From assembly GCA_044344255.1 (NCBI GenBank), contig JBIJDH010000014.1, positions 96,001 to 160,000 on the forward strand: a stretch of DNA of 64,000 nt, given 5' to 3'. The stretch is from Myxococcota bacterium. Lineage in GTDB: Bacteria; Myxococcota_A; UBA796; UBA2385. Below are positions 62,026 through 64,000 of the stretch, one piece after another. Position 1 is the first letter of the stretch, and each line of letters begins with the position of its first letter. The translations under genes and the position numbers were made by a program. The notes beneath the pieces were generated by a model that saw nothing but the letters and a program-made list of their open reading frames with translations, made no database searches and was not told where the DNA came from.

Positions 62026-62843
62026 CCGAACGCCTCGGGCCGAGCGACTACCTCGACGCCGAAGACGCCCCGGGGGCCGAGGAGGCGTCGCGGCAGCTCC
62101 AAGCCGAACACCACGCCCTCTGGCTCGACAGCCTGATCACCCCCGCCCGCCAGCACGGCCTCGTGGCCGGCGCGCGGGTGCTGGAGGTCGGCTGCGGAGA
62201 CGGGCACCTCCTCGCCGAGCTGAGCCGGTGGGTCGGCCCAAGCGGCTGGGTGGTGGGGATCGATCGCGACCCCGCCGCGGTGCTCCAGTCCCGCCGCGCC
62301 CTCGGGAGCCGACCCCAGGCCGGGGTCATCGAGGGGGACCTCTATCGCACCCGCCTCGGCGGCCCGTGGGACCTCGTGCTGGCCCGCGGCGTGATGGCCG
62401 AGCTGCCCACCCCGGAGCTCGGCCTGCAGCGGCTCATCGGCGGGCTCGCGCGGGGCGGGCGCCTCATCCTCCAGGATCAGCTCCACGAGGGCATGCGCGT
62501 CTTCCCCGACGAGCCGGCCGTTGACCGCGCGGTCGCCGCCCTCCGCACGCTCGAGCGGTCTCGACGGCGCGACCTCTTCGCCGGCGGGCGCCTGCCCGGC
62601 CTCGCCGCCGCCGCCGGTCTCACGGTGGAGGTTGTCGCCCCTCGTCAGCTCTCCGGGGGCCCGGGCACCGCGGTCTGGGCACAGGTCGGGCGGCTGCTGT
62701 TCAGTCAGGCCGCCCAGCTCCAGCCCCTCCTCAGCGCCAGCGAGTGGGCCGAGCTCGTGGAGGCCTGGGCCTGGCTCGGCCGATCGCCGACGGCCCGGGT
62801 CTTCACCCCGATCCAGGTCCTGACCATCGCCCGACGGCCCTGA
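62022..62843 (+). CDS. Class I SAM-dependent methyltransferase
   Basis: RVLEVGCGDG, VVGIDRD, WDLVLAR, LARGGRL; GTGA overlap with hslR. Confidence 0.85.
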   Translation: MTERLGPSDYLDAEDAPGAEEASRQLQAEHHALWLDSLITPARQHGLVAGARVLEVGCGDGHLLAELSRWVGPSGWVVGIDRDPAAVLQSRRALGSRPQAGVIEGDLYRTRLGGPWDLVLARGVMAELPTPELGLQRLIGGLARGGRLILQDQLHEGMRVFPDEPAVDRAVAALRTLERSRRRDLFAGGRLPGLAAAAGLTVEVVAPRQLSGGPGTAVWAQVGRLLFSQAAQLQPLLSASEWAELVEAWAWLGRSPTARVFTPIQVLTIARRP

Positions 62844-62898
62844 CCCTTCTGCCGCACACCTCGTTCGGGAGGCCCTTCGAGCCTCTGCTGATCGTGGC

Positions 62899-63981
62899 TC
62901 AGTGGCCGCCCACCTGCGCAGCCCGCCCCGAGACCGCCGGGAGCTCCTCCATCGGGGTCAGCCGCTCCGCCCAGCCCGCCTCCCGCCAGACGTTCCGGGG
63001 ATCCCGCGCCTGCCCGCGCAGCAGGACGTTGCGATGCAGCGTGATGTCGAGGTTCGATCCGTCGATGAAGTCGCCCTCCAGCCTCCCCGGGTAGATGAGC
63101 GTGGTGGTGGGGGTCACCCGGCAATTGACGGCCATGCGGTGCCCGTCGGTGTTGTTCGGGAGGGAGCGGTGCATGGTCCGCTCATAAAAGACCACGAAGT
63201 CACCCTTCTTCATCCGCATCGTCGCCAGCGAGGAGGGCCGCGCGTCAAAGGGCAGCGTCACCGCGGCGCGGCGCGCGTCCATCCAGCGGTACACGTGGTC
63301 CTTCATCTGGCGCATCGACCAGCCCGACCAGTCGACCCCGGCGAAGACATCGCGGGTGTCGATGTCGAGGATGAGGTCTCGGTCTACCGCGGACCGCACC
63401 ACCGCCTCCGGGGTCTCGAGCCCGATGAAGGGCTCGTGGAAGAAGCCCGAGCCGGTCATCGGGACGAACTCGATCGGGAAGCGGGTGTGGTGCGATCCCC
63501 GCACGAACTGGAGGGGCCCGTTGTTCCAGGTCATGTCGTCGAGGGCGAACCACACGCTGATGTTCCACGGATCGAGCTCGGTGCCCACCGGGCGGAGGCT
63601 CGGCTTGTCGTTTCCGATCTCCTCCCCGTTGAAACGGCCCCACTCCTGGTGCCAGCCCACCTCGAGGTCACGCGGCCGCTTGTGGAAGATCTTGGTGCGC
63701 CAGAGCGCGAGATCGGGCCCCATGAGCTGCTCGAGGAGGTCCGCGAGCGCGGGGTGGCTCATCAGGCTGTCCACCTCGGGCGAGAGGAGGTGCCAGTCCC
63801 GCACGCTGAAGCGCTCGTACAGGGGGTGGATGGGCTTCCGCTGGACCACGTCGAAGAGCACCTCTCGGACACGATCAACCTCGGTCGGGGAGAGGTAGCT
63901 CGGCACGGGGCCAACAAAGCCGTCCCGCTCCAACAGCATCTTCGGGCTCAGGTCGCCCTGGGCTTCGCGCTCGACTTCCAT
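62899..63981 (-). CDS. PhyH-family Fe(II)/2-oxoglutarate oxygenase, SyrB2-like scaffold with HxE triad
   Basis: DGFVGP, LWRTKIFHK.P, WHQE, WFALD....NGPLQFVRGSH, MKKGDFVVFYERTMHRS.PN, RMAVNCR. Confidence 0.85.
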   Translation of the reverse strand: MEVEREAQGDLSPKMLLERDGFVGPVPSYLSPTEVDRVREVLFDVVQRKPIHPLYERFSVRDWHLLSPEVDSLMSHPALADLLEQLMGPDLALWRTKIFHKRPRDLEVGWHQEWGRFNGEEIGNDKPSLRPVGTELDPWNISVWFALDDMTWNNGPLQFVRGSHHTRFPIEFVPMTGSGFFHEPFIGLETPEAVVRSAVDRDLILDIDTRDVFAGVDWSGWSMRQMKDHVYRWMDARRAAVTLPFDARPSSLATMRMKKGDFVVFYERTMHRSLPNNTDGHRMAVNCRVTPTTTLIYPGRLEGDFIDGSNLDITLHRNVLLRGQARDPRNVWREAGWAERLTPMEELPAVSGRAAQVGGH

Positions 63982-64000
63982 CTCGGTCTGCTCCCCTCCC

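Noticed and set aside
62899..63981. Halogenase call
   Set aside because: The triad is HQE, not HQA/G, so there is no open halide site.

Overview
Very GC-rich bacterial chromosomal window. AglRQS-type motor genes, a MYXO-CTERM-like sorting tail, MopE/FG-GAP lipoproteins and an ACP-KS-AT-AT PKS loading module point to an uncultured Myxococcota-like organism (inference). Positions 1-6100 are accessory DNA beside tRNA-Pro(GGG). They hold a soluble-adenylyl-cyclase-like STAND gene running off the left edge, an intact and a decayed Rpn (PD-(D/E)XK) gene, a decayed second copy of the tRNA 3' end plus terminator, and a ~0.95 kb cassette. That cassette has 13-bp terminal inverted repeats and 11-bp direct repeats and carries what look like a toxin tip, a low-GC immunity-like gene and the truncated start of an SpvB/TcaC toxin. 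Next come a core translation cluster lacking thrS/pheS/pheT, a lipB-dnaE run headed by two isoprenoid-synthase-like genes (one with a 23-Cys tail), and mixed housekeeping and secreted-protein genes. A stand-alone 10.9 kb type I PKS has the unusual order ACP-KS-AT-AT-DH-ER-KR-ACP-KS-(no AT)-ACP-reductase. The rest includes glpK, TPR/LysM/MepA/protease genes, aglRQS and a SyrB2-like Fe/2OG oxygenase at the right edge. All calls come from reading motifs by eye; no database searches were run, and several start codons are approximate.
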